Under the pieces are notes generated by a model, which was given only the letters and a program-made list of their open reading frames with translations, ran no database searches and had not been told where the DNA came from. From NCBI GenBank assembly GCA_016868785.1, contig VGFS01000001.1, forward strand, positions 20,631 through 84,630: DNA of 64,000 nucleotides. The letters run 5' to 3'. The position numbers and the translations under genes are program-made. This DNA comes from Bacteroidota bacterium (GTDB taxonomy: Bacteria; Bacteroidota; Bacteroidia; NS11-12g; UBA955). Positions 10,160 to 21,344 of the stretch are shown here, in pieces (position 1 is the first letter of the stretch; the number at the start of each line of letters is the position of its first letter).

Positions 10160-11494
10160 ATGGACGCCAAAAAAATCTCAACACAGTTTCTCTTTTCCAT
10201 CATTGCATTCGCAATGGTACATTCATCTTGCCAACAGGCGGTGGAAACCGAAAATAAAATCGTTCAGAACGATATATTATCAGTCTGTAACACTGCCATT
10301 CAAAATGCAATTGTAGTGGACCGAGTAGCGGCACCGGTCGGTTCTCGACGTTATGTCTACGCCTCCATCGCGGCCTATGAATCTTTGGTCCCTTTCTATG
10401 CCGATTACAAAAGTGTTGCCCCAATGATGAACGGATTAAAGCCAACACCCCTTCCCGATTCGTCTCAAAAATACTGTTTAGACTTAGTGGCCATGGCGGC
10501 CCACACGTTCGTAAGCAAGAAACTCGTATACAAGGAAGACAGCATTGCCAATTTCAGAAATCGACAGCTTGATTTTTACAAAGGCAAACTGTCGGATGCC
10601 ATGTTTGAAGCGTCTATCAATTATGGTGATAGTGTTGGTGCTCACATTGTTCGTTGGTCAAAATCTGATTCTTTCGCCTATTTCCGTGGCAGAGAGTTTT
10701 TCCTTGCACGCAACAAACCCGGTTCTTGGGAGCAAACTCCCCCAGATTTCATGGAAGCCATTGAGCCAAATTGGGGCCGTATTCGCCCTGTGCTATTAAA
10801 ATCGGTAAAGGAATTTTCATACGAACAACCCGAACCATACAGCACCGACAAAAAATCACGCTTCTACAGTATCACGAAGGAAGTATACGAAACGGTAAAC
10901 CAAAAAGACAGCACACAGTTGCAGACCGCTTGGTATTGGGACGACAATCCAAATGCTTCTGTACATTATGGTCACGCTACGATCAATGTATTGAAAGTTT
11001 CACCGGCCGGACATTGGTTGTCAATGTTTTCAACGGTGGCCCGACAAAAGAATTACTCACTCATTGAAACGGCCGATGGAATGATGCGTTTATCCTCCGC
11101 CATCTTTGATGCGTTCATTACTTGCTGGCATGTAAAATACCAAACCGATTACTTGCGTCCTATCACGGCTATTCACGATTTGATCGATTCTAGCTGGTCC
11201 TCGCCCATCCAAACCCCGGCGTTCCCAGAGTATCCCTCTGGACACAGTGTTATATCCAGTGCGGCGGCGAGTGTATTAACAGCAACTTTCGGCGAATATG
11301 AATTCATCGATAGTGCTGAGTTAAAATTCGGATTGGGTGTACGCAAGTTCAAAAACTTCCGTGAAGCGAGCAATCAAGCTTGCGTATCGAGGCTCTATGG
11401 TGGGATTCATTTCATAGACGCCATCGAGAATGGCAAAAAGCTCGGAAACCAAGTGGGCTCCTACCATATCGAGCACCTAAAAACAAAGAAATAA
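10160..11494 (+). CDS. Vanadium-dependent haloperoxidase / PAP2-superfamily exported protein
   Basis: KYQTDYLRP (Kx6RP), YPSGH and SRLYGGIHFID motifs; lipoprotein-like signal (HSSC). Confidence 0.85.
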   Translation: MDAKKISTQFLFSIIAFAMVHSSCQQAVETENKIVQNDILSVCNTAIQNAIVVDRVAAPVGSRRYVYASIAAYESLVPFYADYKSVAPMMNGLKPTPLPDSSQKYCLDLVAMAAHTFVSKKLVYKEDSIANFRNRQLDFYKGKLSDAMFEASINYGDSVGAHIVRWSKSDSFAYFRGREFFLARNKPGSWEQTPPDFMEAIEPNWGRIRPVLLKSVKEFSYEQPEPYSTDKKSRFYSITKEVYETVNQKDSTQLQTAWYWDDNPNASVHYGHATINVLKVSPAGHWLSMFSTVARQKNYSLIETADGMMRLSSAIFDAFITCWHVKYQTDYLRPITAIHDLIDSSWSSPIQTPAFPEYPSGHSVISSAAASVLTATFGEYEFIDSAELKFGLGVRKFKNFREASNQACVSRLYGGIHFIDAIENGKKLGNQVGSYHIEHLKTKK

Positions 11495-11496
11495 AC

Positions 11497-14115
11497 TTAA
11501 GATAGCTGAGAGAGACGCTTTTCAATGATGGAGAGCTTCTCGCTCGCATCAGAGAGTTTCTTGCGCTCTACCTCTACAATTTCGGGTTTGGCATTTTGTA
11601 CGAACCGTTCATTTTCAAGCTTTTTCTTTACGGATGCGATGAATCCATCGTAATAGATTTTTTCTTTCTGCAATTCCTCACGTTCCTTGTCGATGTCGAT
11701 TTCAACAGAAAGTTCAACCCAAATTTCATGCACACCTACAATTACCGGCATACCATTAGAGGGTTTGGTGGTTTCATCTTGGTGAACAGTTACATTGGCC
11801 AATTTTTCGACAAAATCTTGCATGTGCAAAATACCCGTAGCAGATTTTGGAATCCAAATGTTTAAGGACTCTTTGGGCGATAATCCACGCGTATTGCGGG
11901 TATTTCGGATTTCTGTTACCAACTGCAAGGATTCCTGTGAGGATTCTCCGCCCGTGTTTTCATGGGCTGTTGGATAGGCCGACAACACCAAGGTTTCTGA
12001 CATACCATTGGTTAGTAGCTGTACGATTTCCTCTGAAATGAAAGGCATGTACGGATGCAACAATGACATCAACAATTGCAAAATTTCTTGGGCTTCACGT
12101 TGGGTTTGTGCAGAAATACCCTCTCCATAAGGGGGTTTGATTGCCTCCAAATAAACCGCACAGAAATCATCCCAAATCAGTTTGTAGATGGCCATCAAGG
12201 CATCAGACAAACGGAATTCTTGAAACAATTGCTCAATGTCTTTCAATGTATCATTCAAACGCGACTCCATGAAAGCCTTGGCTTGATTTGCCGCCGCAGT
12301 GGGTTCATTTTCGTGGGTTTCCCAACCTTGAATTAACCGGAACGCATTCCATATTTTGTTACAGAAATTTCGTCCTTGCTCAATTTGGGTTTCATCGAAC
12401 AAAATATCATTTCCCGCAGGTGAACAAAGCAAAAGTCCCATACGCACTGAATCAGCCCCATACTTTTCTATCAGTTCCAAGGCATCCGGACTGTTTCCCA
12501 GACTCTTACTCATTTTCCTGCGTTGCTTATCGCGAATCAATCCGGTGAAATACACGTTTTTGAACGGCATTTTTCCTTCAAATTCGTAGCCGGCCATGAT
12601 CATCCGTGCCACCCAGAAAAACAAAATATCCGGACCTGTAACCAAGTCATTGGTTGGATAATAATAACCGAGTTCTGTTTTATCAGCGTTCGCACCTATT
12701 CCATCAAATACAGAAATGGGCCACAGCCAGGAACTAAACCAAGTATCCAAAACGTCTGAATCTTGCGATAAATCACCGGCATTCACGGAAACGCCCTTTT
12801 GTTCGAATTCGGCGGCGGCTTCTTGCGCTGTTTTGGCTACCACCCACTCCCCGTTATTTGTATACCAAGCCGGAATACGATGGCCCCACCACAACTGTCG
12901 AGAAATGTTCCAATCTTTCACATTCTCCATCCAATGTCGGTAAGTATTCTTCAGCTTAGCCGGATAAAACTTCATTTCATCGTTCATCACTGATGAAAGA
13001 ACTTCAGGATTCTTTTTCATAAAATCCTGCATATTCATAAACCACTGAGTACTGATTCTTGGCTCAACTACAGCATCCGTTCTTTCGCTGTAACCCACGT
13101 TGTGGATGTAGTTTTCCTGTTTCGACAACAAACCGACTTCTTTGAGTGATTTCACCCATTGTTTTCTTGCAACAAAGCGATCTTCACCAACGAACAATTC
13201 CCCAGCCGTTGAAATTGTGCCATCGGCATTGAGGGTATCAATCACCGGCAAATTGTATTTCTGTCCGATGTTGTAGTCGTTGATATCGTGTGCAGGCGTA
13301 ACCTTAAGCACCCCAGTACCAAATTCAATGTCGATATATTCATCCGCGATGATGGCCACTTCACGATTGATGAGGGGCACGCGAACTTTTTTTCCAATCA
13401 GTGATTGATAACGTTCATCATTTGGATTCACACAAACCGCCACGTCTCCGGCAATGGTTTCAGGTCGGGCCGTAGCGACCATCAATTCCCCGTCAAAATC
13501 AACACCTTTGTAAATCACATAGTACAATTGATCCGTCGTTTCTTTGAAAATCACTTCCTCATCGCTGAGCGTTGTTTGTCCGGCAGGATCCCAATTCACC
13601 ATTTTGGTACCGCGATAAATGAGTCCTTTGCGATACAAATCAATAAAGACATCCACTACGGCTTCATAGAGACTGGGCTCCATGGTAAACCGTGTGCGAT
13701 CCCAGTCGCAGCTCGCGCCAAGTTTTTGCAACTGTTGCAGAATGATGCCGCCATATTTTTCCTTCCATTCGAAGGCGTGCTTTAAAAACTCCTCACGGGT
13801 AAGGCTAGATTTTGGAATTCCTTGTTCGGCCAGCAATTTTACCACTTTGGCTTCTGTGGCGATACTTGCGTGGTCTGTACCTGGAACCCAACAAGCATTG
13901 AATCCTTGCTTTCTTGCTTTACGTATCAATACATCTTGTATGGTGTTATTCAACATATGCCCCATATGTAAGACCCCTGTAACGTTGGGCGGAGGTATTA
14001 CGATGGTATAGGCAGGTCGCTCATCGGGAACAGAGCGGAAATATTTTTGGCTCAACCAATGTTGATACCATTTGTTTTCAATGTCTGAGGGATTGTATTT
14101 GGCGGAAATTTCCAT
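11497..14115 (-). CDS. valS: Valine--tRNA ligase
   Basis: PPPNVTGVLHMGH, KMSKS, DWNISRQLWWGH and a C-terminal coiled-coil arm. Confidence 0.98.
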   Translation of the reverse strand: MEISAKYNPSDIENKWYQHWLSQKYFRSVPDERPAYTIVIPPPNVTGVLHMGHMLNNTIQDVLIRKARKQGFNACWVPGTDHASIATEAKVVKLLAEQGIPKSSLTREEFLKHAFEWKEKYGGIILQQLQKLGASCDWDRTRFTMEPSLYEAVVDVFIDLYRKGLIYRGTKMVNWDPAGQTTLSDEEVIFKETTDQLYYVIYKGVDFDGELMVATARPETIAGDVAVCVNPNDERYQSLIGKKVRVPLINREVAIIADEYIDIEFGTGVLKVTPAHDINDYNIGQKYNLPVIDTLNADGTISTAGELFVGEDRFVARKQWVKSLKEVGLLSKQENYIHNVGYSERTDAVVEPRISTQWFMNMQDFMKKNPEVLSSVMNDEMKFYPAKLKNTYRHWMENVKDWNISRQLWWGHRIPAWYTNNGEWVVAKTAQEAAAEFEQKGVSVNAGDLSQDSDVLDTWFSSWLWPISVFDGIGANADKTELGYYYPTNDLVTGPDILFFWVARMIMAGYEFEGKMPFKNVYFTGLIRDKQRRKMSKSLGNSPDALELIEKYGADSVRMGLLLCSPAGNDILFDETQIEQGRNFCNKIWNAFRLIQGWETHENEPTAAANQAKAFMESRLNDTLKDIEQLFQEFRLSDALMAIYKLIWDDFCAVYLEAIKPPYGEGISAQTQREAQEILQLLMSLLHPYMPFISEEIVQLLTNGMSETLVLSAYPTAHENTGGESSQESLQLVTEIRNTRNTRGLSPKESLNIWIPKSATGILHMQDFVEKLANVTVHQDETTKPSNGMPVIVGVHEIWVELSVEIDIDKEREELQKEKIYYDGFIASVKKKLENERFVQNAKPEIVEVERKKLSDASEKLSIIEKRLSQLS

Positions 14116-14120
14116 TGTTA

Positions 14121-14128
14121 CAAAATTA
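14121..14128 (-). promoter_or_regulatory. -7 element TAATTTTG of valS, 5 nt before the ATG
   Basis: Minus strand reads cgTAATTTTGtaacaATG. Confidence 0.7.
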
Positions 14129-14162
14129 CGATTTTACACTTGTGTTTACGGGGCATTTCAAA

Positions 14163-14193
14163 TAAAAAGGCCACTCATTCGAGTGGCCTTTTA
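14163..14193 (-). terminator. Intrinsic terminator of the act operon
   Basis: AAAAGGCCACTC-attc-GAGTGGCCTTTT hairpin with A/T tails, just after the actF stop. Confidence 0.85.
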
Positions 14194-14211
14194 CTATGTT
14201 CGTTGTTTTTA

Positions 14212-15597
14212 TTAAACTCCTACATCGTGGTGAGCCGACTCATCCAAATAAGGGTGATTGACGGCAACCAATCCTCTTTTTGTCAATGCGGTGAATACCC
14301 AATAGGTAAATACACCGGCGAACAACAAGAAGTTACCCAATTCCAAGAATCCAAACTGCATGCCTGAACCAAACACACCAGGGAATACCATCAACCATAC
14401 ATCATGGTAGTGACCCAAGATCATGATTGAACCAATAATCCCCAATACATAACGGTTTCTTTTCGCTGAACGCATCAACAAACCCAAGAAAGGAATGCAG
14501 AAACACATGGCGAAGTTCAATAAGAAATTGAATTTGTAGTTTTCGAAGCGAATTTGGTAATAAGCCATTTCCTCAGGGATTTGTGCATACCAAATCAACA
14601 GATACTGAGACAACCACAAGTAGGCCCAGAACACAGTGAAGGCAAACATAAACTTACCCAAATCGTGCATGTGTTCGTTGGTTACAAAACCCAAATAACC
14701 TTCTTTCTTGATAAAAGCTACAAAGAATGCCATGATGGTGATCATGGTTACCCAATGTGTTACAAAGTTGTAGAATCCGAAGATGGTAGAATACCAGTGG
14801 GCATCTACTGACATGATCAACAACCAGGCAATTACTGAAATGGTAAAACCAAATATTACGGCAAACGCAGCACTGAATTTTACTGAGGTTCTAAAGAACG
14901 ACACATCGCCCCTGGTGGCATTGTCTTCAGCGGCCGACAAAGAACGCAGCTTGCGCATCAACAAGTACCAAATCACAACCAGTACACTTGGGAAAACAAA
15001 CAACATGGTAGAATTCAAGAATCCTGACTTACCCGCCAAAATGGCATCGTAACCCGCATCACCTGGTTTTAGACCCAAATGCTCATAATGTGCCCAATGA
15101 TAGATATCGTTCTTACCCATCAACAAAGCAACGATTAAAACAACAAATGGCACTGGAATGAAGGTCATAATGGCTTCAGGAATACGCTTGATACCTACAG
15201 ACCAACCTGCATTGGCTATGTATTGAATGGCATACCACATCAAGGCAACCAATGAAATCATGAGAAAAAAGTATCCTGCAATCATCAAATTCGCCCAAAT
15301 GCGGGTATTGGCTGGTTTGTCCAAAGGATGGAACTCCATACGTGGACCGAATGCTTCGGTTTCTACGTTACCATGTTCTTCGTGCGCTGCAACAGCATGA
15401 CCTTCACCGTGTTGAGCGCCTTCGTGTGCCGCAACTTCAGTTTTCGCTGTATGAGTCTCTTCGTGACCACCCAAATTAGCAATACCAAGACCTGCAAATA
15501 TTAACCCCAAGACCATCAAGATCATGGAGAAACGCTTTGCCTTCGGAGAGAATACAAACTGCTCCTGTTTAACTTCAATATGATGTCCGTGTCCCAT
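14212..15597 (-). CDS. actF: Alternative complex III subunit ActF
   Basis: Polytopic; HWYSTIFG, HMHDLGK and YLLIWYAQIPEE motifs; His-rich loop; last gene of the act cluster. Confidence 0.92.
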   Translation of the reverse strand: MGHGHHIEVKQEQFVFSPKAKRFSMILMVLGLIFAGLGIANLGGHEETHTAKTEVAAHEGAQHGEGHAVAAHEEHGNVETEAFGPRMEFHPLDKPANTRIWANLMIAGYFFLMISLVALMWYAIQYIANAGWSVGIKRIPEAIMTFIPVPFVVLIVALLMGKNDIYHWAHYEHLGLKPGDAGYDAILAGKSGFLNSTMLFVFPSVLVVIWYLLMRKLRSLSAAEDNATRGDVSFFRTSVKFSAAFAVIFGFTISVIAWLLIMSVDAHWYSTIFGFYNFVTHWVTMITIMAFFVAFIKKEGYLGFVTNEHMHDLGKFMFAFTVFWAYLWLSQYLLIWYAQIPEEMAYYQIRFENYKFNFLLNFAMCFCIPFLGLLMRSAKRNRYVLGIIGSIMILGHYHDVWLMVFPGVFGSGMQFGFLELGNFLLFAGVFTYWVFTALTKRGLVAVNHPYLDESAHHDVGV

Positions 15598-15607
15598 TGT
15601 AATTTAC

Positions 15608-16225
15608 TTATTTAGTGGTAGCTGTTGAATCAGTAGTTGCGGCAGCAGCCACCGATTGGTTACTCAAGAATTTCACATATTTAATCACCTTCCAACGATC
15701 TTTTGGACTCAAAACAGAAGCATGGCTTCCCATGTTGTTCTTACCGTAAGTCAAAGTATGGTAAATTTTACCCTCTGGCAACGTTTTGATATACTCGTCA
15801 GTGTAGGCTTTCCAAGCGGGTTTCAAAGTAGAAACCTTTTTGAAAACTTCACCATCGTTTGCACCATTGGCGCCATGGCAAGGGGTGCAATATATGTTAT
15901 ACACGTATTGACCACGTCCGTCTTCCAAGGTAATGTCTGCGGGAGCTACAAGAGCTGCCGATGCCTCGTAACCGTCTCCAGAATTTTCCAAATTGTATTT
16001 GTAGTCCAATTTGCCTACGGCAACCGTCCCTGCAACAGGCTCACGCATGTTCATACCATAGGGATTGATTTTATTGCTGTCGCCTTGGCTGTAGGCCTCA
16101 TACCCTTTTGAGTAGTACATATCTGGGGCATATTCCCAACCGGGGTTATTCCCGCGACTTACGCAACTGCTCATCAAAGCAGCGGCAGCAATCGAACCGA
16201 ACAAGATATAAAGTTTGTTGTTCAT
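15608..16225 (-). CDS. actE: ACIII monoheme cytochrome c lipoprotein ActE
   Basis: Lipobox MSSC, YAPDMY, a single CTPCH and MGSHA. Confidence 0.92.
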   Translation of the reverse strand: MNNKLYILFGSIAAAALMSSCVSRGNNPGWEYAPDMYYSKGYEAYSQGDSNKINPYGMNMREPVAGTVAVGKLDYKYNLENSGDGYEASAALVAPADITLEDGRGQYVYNIYCTPCHGANGANDGEVFKKVSTLKPAWKAYTDEYIKTLPEGKIYHTLTYGKNNMGSHASVLSPKDRWKVIKYVKFLSNQSVAAAATTDSTATTK

Positions 16226-16239
16226 TGTAATTCAGTTAA

Positions 16240-16806
16240 TTAAAGTACGGTTTGAACACCGTTGTGAAACGCACGCAATTCAACGGCACCATGATTTTTC
16301 ATCATGTCGAGGACTGCTTTTTCATCCATTCCGTCTGTTGTTTCGATGGTCAGTACCATGCGATCATCGGTTTGACGGATATCCAACAATTCGTTTTTGA
16401 TACCATGCACAAGGCGGTTTCTCCAGAAGAAGAAGAACGACATACCGAATGCGGTACACAATACAGTACCTTCAAACATTACTGGAGCCCAGCTAGGAGT
16501 GAAACGCACAGGCTTGTTACCGATATTCATGGGCCAATCATGTACGGACATGTACCAGATCATGGTGGTCACCAATGTCAATCCAGTTACCGCACAGAAA
16601 AATGCGATACGGGCCAATTTGCTTCGACGAGCGCCAATGATGCGATCCAAACCATGCACAGGGTATGGTGTGTAAACATCGTGAATGTGGATTCCAGCGT
16701 GCGCCAATTCACCAGCACCTGCCATCAATTGATCTTCGTCCTCCCACACACCAACCAACATTTTCTTGCGGTCGCGTAGGCTAAGTTTTTTATCTAAAAT
16801 TCCCAT
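16240..16806 (-). CDS. actD: ACIII subunit ActD (DUF3341)
   Basis: DVYTPYPVHGLD, DWPMNIGNKP and PVMFEGTVL motifs. Confidence 0.92.
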   Translation of the reverse strand: MGILDKKLSLRDRKKMLVGVWEDEDQLMAGAGELAHAGIHIHDVYTPYPVHGLDRIIGARRSKLARIAFFCAVTGLTLVTTMIWYMSVHDWPMNIGNKPVRFTPSWAPVMFEGTVLCTAFGMSFFFFWRNRLVHGIKNELLDIRQTDDRMVLTIETTDGMDEKAVLDMMKNHGAVELRAFHNGVQTVL

Positions 16807-16829
16807 TGTGGTAATCTTTTAAGGTTGTA

Positions 16830-18179
16830 TTATTCGCGGTTGCGAAGGATTGATTTAACTTCAGCCATGTTGATAACAGGCAAGAATTTGGCAAACAAGA
16901 AGAAGCAGGTAAAGAAGATACCGAAGGTTCCCAAGAACAATCCGATTTCTGTCAATGACCCAGAATACATTACCCAACTTGATGGCAAGTAATCTCTGTG
17001 CAATGATGTCACGATAATTACAAAACGCTCAAACCACATACCTACGTTCACAACTATACTCATGATGAAAATGAACCAAGGTGTTGTACGAGCCCAACGG
17101 AACCAAAATACCTGTGGAGCGATCAAGTTACAAGTCATCATACTCCAATACGCCCACCAGTAAGGACCGAACATACGGTTGGTGAATGCATACTGTTCGT
17201 AAACATTTCCTGAGTACCAAGCGATGAAGAACTCTGTGAGATACGCAATACCCACGATGGTACCTGTAACCATGATGATCTTTGTCATCGCGTCGAGGTG
17301 ACCAATGGTGATGTAGTTCTCGTAGTTCATCACTTTACGGGCAACGACCAACAAAGTTGCCACCATACCGAAACCAGAGAAAATCGCACCGGCAACGAAG
17401 TATGGAGGGAAAATGGTTGTGTGCCATCCAGGAACAACAGAAGTTGCAAAGTCAGTAGATACAATGGTGTGTACAGACAATACCAATGGAGTACTCAAAC
17501 CCGCCAAAATCAAAGAGATCAATTCGTAACGAGCCCAAGTACGGGTAGAACCTGTCCAACCCATTGAGAAGAAACCATACATGGTTTTACCCAATTTCGA
17601 CTTCACTTTGTCGCGAATGGTCGCGATATCAGGAATCAAACCAATGTACCAGAACAACAACGATACGCTGAAGTAGGTAGAAATCGCAAATACGTCCCAC
17701 AACAATGGAGAGTTGAAGTTTACCCACAACGAACCGAAAGCGTTTGGCAAAGGCAAAGCCCAATACCCTACCCATACACGTCCCATGTGGAATACTGGGA
17801 ACATCGCTGCACAGATTACCGCGAAAATGGTCATCGCTTCTGCAGAACGGTTAATACTCATCCGCCATTTTTGACGAAACAACAATAATACGGCAGAAAT
17901 CAACGTACCGGCGTGACCGATGCCCACCCAGAATACGAAATTGGTGATATCCCAACCCCACATTACGGATTTATTGATGTTCCAAACTCCAATACCTGTC
18001 CACAATGTGTACAACAAACTCACCCCAAAAATTCCCAAGAAAATCAAGGACAATGTGAAACCCACCTTCCAAGCGATCATTGGGTTGTTCAAAATAGGTC
18101 TTGCAATATCGCGCGTAACGTCAGATGCCGTTTTATCGCCAGTTACAAGTCTGTCTCTAATGATTGAATCGTGTATCAT
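16830..18179 (-). CDS. actC: ACIII quinol-binding subunit ActC (NrfD/PsrC family)
   Basis: [23 protein letters not shown] and [11 protein letters not shown] motifs. Confidence 0.95.
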   Translation of the reverse strand: MIHDSIIRDRLVTGDKTASDVTRDIARPILNNPMIAWKVGFTLSLIFLGIFGVSLLYTLWTGIGVWNINKSVMWGWDITNFVFWVGIGHAGTLISAVLLLFRQKWRMSINRSAEAMTIFAVICAAMFPVFHMGRVWVGYWALPLPNAFGSLWVNFNSPLLWDVFAISTYFSVSLLFWYIGLIPDIATIRDKVKSKLGKTMYGFFSMGWTGSTRTWARYELISLILAGLSTPLVLSVHTIVSTDFATSVVPGWHTTIFPPYFVAGAIFSGFGMVATLLVVARKVMNYENYITIGHLDAMTKIIMVTGTIVGIAYLTEFFIAWYSGNVYEQYAFTNRMFGPYWWAYWSMMTCNLIAPQVFWFRWARTTPWFIFIMSIVVNVGMWFERFVIIVTSLHRDYLPSSWVMYSGSLTEIGLFLGTFGIFFTCFFLFAKFLPVINMAEVKSILRNRE

Positions 18180-18199
18180 TCGAATATTTATTGGGTGAA

Positions 18200-21100
18200 T
18201 TAAATTGAATCGTTGTTACGAATTTTGGTCATGTACTTCACTGATGATTGTACGTTAATTTCCTCAAGCACAGTGAAACCACGCTCGTTTTTGTATAGTT
18301 TGCTCACTTCACTTTCGGGGTTGTGCAAATCACCGAACACAATGGCGTTGCTAGGGCAAGCTCTCTGACAAGCCGTCAACACCTGAACTTCATTTGGAGA
18401 CTTACCCTCACGCTTGGCTTTCAACTTGCCTTCCTGGATACGCTGAACGCAGAATGAACATTTCTCCATCACACCACGAGTACGCACGGTTACATCAGGG
18501 TTTATGACCATTTTACCCAATGGATTGTTGAAGTGGAAGTCGAAACGATCGTTGTCGTTGAAACGGAACCAGTTGAAACGACGTACTTTGTAAGGACAGT
18601 TGTTTCCGCAATATTTGGTACCGATACAACGGTTGTAGGTCATCTGGTTCAAACCTTCTGTGCTGTGGGTAGTCGCCAATACTGGACAAACCGTTTCACA
18701 AGGTGCATTTGAACAATGCTGACACATCATGGGCTGGTGCAATACATTCACATTCTGCCAATGTTCAAAGTTTCCTTTTTCGTCTGCCGCAGCAATCTCA
18801 GTATCTTTCGTCAATACAGCGTCTGAGGTATTGAAAGAATAGTAACGATCGATGCGAATCCAATGCATTTCACGACGCAAACGAATTTCATCGCGCCCTA
18901 CTACTGGAACGTTGTTCTCAATTGAGCAACTAACGATACAGCTACCACAACCCGTACATGCATTCAAGTCGATGGCCATTGCCCACAAGTGGTTTGGAGC
19001 ACCGTCTTTGCGATATTCTGGTTTTTCCCAGATGGTATAAATATGGGTAGCAGGAATTTCATTTCCAGCTTTAGGATTCTTTTGCCATTTACCGAAAGTA
19101 GATTCACGAATGATGTCTCTACCTTCAATGCTATGGTGGGTCTGGGTTTGAGCCAAGGTGTAGGTATCATCGCCTTTGGTGATCTCAACATTTTTTACAA
19201 CAAAATTGCGGTTTCCTGTATTGTTCACGAAAGCAAAACCATTTACACCAATGGTGTCAAATCCTTTTTCCACACTGCCAGCAACTTTACCAGCATGGGT
19301 TCTACCATAACCTACGGCCAAAGCCACAGTTTCATTGGCTTGTCCGGGTTGTACCATGGCAGGAATATTGTTGTACGTGATATCACCTACTTTTACGTTT
19401 ACGGTATCCCCTTCTGAAATATCCAACTTAACGGCCATCGCCTTTGGCAAGGCCACATAGTTATCCCAACATACTTTGCTCACAGGATCAGGCATTTCTT
19501 GCAACCATGGGTTGTTTGCAAACGCACCGTCTCTTACACCCACTCCTTGGTAAAGGACCATGTCGACCCCAGTAGATTTGGCGTTAGCAGAAACATATCC
19601 TGCCAAAGCGTCTACACTACCGGTGTATGAAGTAGCTCCTTCTGAAGCGGCAGACAAGTAAACACCTTTTTCCAACACACCGTTGAACGCATCATCAGAA
19701 CCCAAGCTAGCAGCCCAGTTTGCGCGGATGAAGTTGTAGTAAGGAGAAGCCTGCAATTTTTGAGAGAAGATTCCTTTCGAAGCAAATGGATCCTTTTCAG
19801 GGGCAACCAAAGCGTTTGCCCAGGTCAACAAGCTGATTTGTGCTTGGCGTGTATTGAATACATTTGAGATGGTCGGCTGTGTGAAATGGTAAGTACCTTT
19901 TCTTGGTTCAGCATCGTTCCAACTTTCCAAATAGTGATTATCGGGACAAACGTATTGACACAATGCCGCTGTTTCATCTTTGCTTAATGCGAAAGACACC
20001 GACAATGAAGCCTTCTTCAACGCTTCTGTCCATTCTTTGCTATTGTGGTTGTAAACTGGGTTGGTATTGTAGAAAATAACCCCTGCAATGGCACCTGATT
20101 TCAAACCCGCCAATACTTCAGCGGTTTTCTTGTCAGAACCTCTGTATTGGTTGCTGTGATTTACCATGTCAATGGTAGCACCATAGTTGCCCAACAACAT
20201 GTTGATACCATTCACAATCTTTTGCACTTCCACTTCGTTGCTTGAAGAGATTACCAAAGAAGTTCCTTTGGCTTTCACCAATACATTGGCGGTCTTTTTG
20301 ATAGAGTTTCCAGCCAATTCACCTTGCTGAGGCACCGGAATTTGCTTGGCACCCGTTGCGATGGCTATATAATTGTAAAGGGTTGCCAAATACAAAGCCT
20401 CTTGTGAAGCACGCATGGGGAAACGGAAATCTGCATTGGTTCCGGTCATGCTCATGGCACTTTCAAATTGAATGTGCTTAGACATACCACCGGCAACCGC
20501 AGGTTGACGGTTTACGGTGTAGCCTTTTGAGAATTCAACAGGCGAAATCCATGTACCCAAGAAATCAGCGCCAAAGCTCACAATTACTTTTGCTGACTCA
20601 AACTTATAGGTTGGCAAAGCACGCTTGCCGAAATCTGCTTCATTCGCATCCAACATACCGCTGTAAGAAACAGCATCGTACATTACGTGCTCAGCAGATG
20701 GGTAAGATGCCTTGAACGACTCAATGGCTCTCAAGGTTGAAGGAGAATGGATTGAGCTTGACAAAACCACTACTTTGCCGTTGGCAGCAGTAATTTTCTT
20801 CAATTTGTCCGCAATCTCAGCATCCATGGCTGCCCAATCGGTTTGTTCAGCACCATTCGACAATGGATTTGCCAATCTTTCGTTGTCGTATAGAGAAAGG
20901 ATTGATGCCTGTCCAACCGCACAAGTACCGCCTTGTGAAATGGGTGAATCGACAGAACCATCCACTTTGATAGGACGACCTTCACGCACTTTCACCTCGA
21001 TACTACAAGCGGCAGAACAAGCTCCGCAAGTAGAGCGATAGTAGTTGGCTACACCAGGGGTAACATCATCAGGTTTTACCAAGTATGGCACGGCGTGACG

Positions 21101-21319
21101 AACCGGTGTTTTGTAGCAAGCTGCTAAAGCAACAGCTGTTACACTGAAACCAAAGTACTTCAAAAAGTCTCTGCGGTTTGCTTGTAACTCTAAACCGTCT
21201 TCGTTGAAAACTTCATCCAAAGGGAGATCATCGTGAAACTCATTTTTCTGAGCTGCTAGAAACTGTGGGTTCCTGTTCAACTCATCTTCACCCTTCCAAT
21301 ATTTGATATTATTTGACAT
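18200..21319 (-). CDS. actB: ACIII subunit ActB (molybdopterin oxidoreductase-like domain fused to Fe-S domain)
   Basis: Tat motif NRRDFLK; CTGCGSC, CQHC..PCETVCP, CIGTKYC and CSFC..CQRACP cluster motifs. Confidence 0.95.
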   Translation of the reverse strand: MSNNIKYWKGEDELNRNPQFLAAQKNEFHDDLPLDEVFNEDGLELQANRRDFLKYFGFSVTAVALAACYKTPVRHAVPYLVKPDDVTPGVANYYRSTCGACSAACSIEVKVREGRPIKVDGSVDSPISQGGTCAVGQASILSLYDNERLANPLSNGAEQTDWAAMDAEIADKLKKITAANGKVVVLSSSIHSPSTLRAIESFKASYPSAEHVMYDAVSYSGMLDANEADFGKRALPTYKFESAKVIVSFGADFLGTWISPVEFSKGYTVNRQPAVAGGMSKHIQFESAMSMTGTNADFRFPMRASQEALYLATLYNYIAIATGAKQIPVPQQGELAGNSIKKTANVLVKAKGTSLVISSSNEVEVQKIVNGINMLLGNYGATIDMVNHSNQYRGSDKKTAEVLAGLKSGAIAGVIFYNTNPVYNHNSKEWTEALKKASLSVSFALSKDETAALCQYVCPDNHYLESWNDAEPRKGTYHFTQPTISNVFNTRQAQISLLTWANALVAPEKDPFASKGIFSQKLQASPYYNFIRANWAASLGSDDAFNGVLEKGVYLSAASEGATSYTGSVDALAGYVSANAKSTGVDMVLYQGVGVRDGAFANNPWLQEMPDPVSKVCWDNYVALPKAMAVKLDISEGDTVNVKVGDITYNNIPAMVQPGQANETVALAVGYGRTHAGKVAGSVEKGFDTIGVNGFAFVNNTGNRNFVVKNVEITKGDDTYTLAQTQTHHSIEGRDIIRESTFGKWQKNPKAGNEIPATHIYTIWEKPEYRKDGAPNHLWAMAIDLNACTGCGSCIVSCSIENNVPVVGRDEIRLRREMHWIRIDRYYSFNTSDAVLTKDTEIAAADEKGNFEHWQNVNVLHQPMMCQHCSNAPCETVCPVLATTHSTEGLNQMTYNRCIGTKYCGNNCPYKVRRFNWFRFNDNDRFDFHFNNPLGKMVINPDVTVRTRGVMEKCSFCVQRIQEGKLKAKREGKSPNEVQVLTACQRACPSNAIVFGDLHNPESEVSKLYKNERGFTVLEEINVQSSVKYMTKIRNNDSI

Positions 21320-21344
21320 AATGATGCTTCTTAATTAATGAGAC

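Noticed and set aside
14116..14211. T-box or attenuator for valS
   Set aside because: The gap is under 100 nt, the hairpin is explained as the act terminator, and the promoter abuts the start.
15360..15470. His-rich segment in ActF as a novel metal-binding insert
   Set aside because: As I recall, such low-complexity His-rich loops are common in Bacteroidota ActF.
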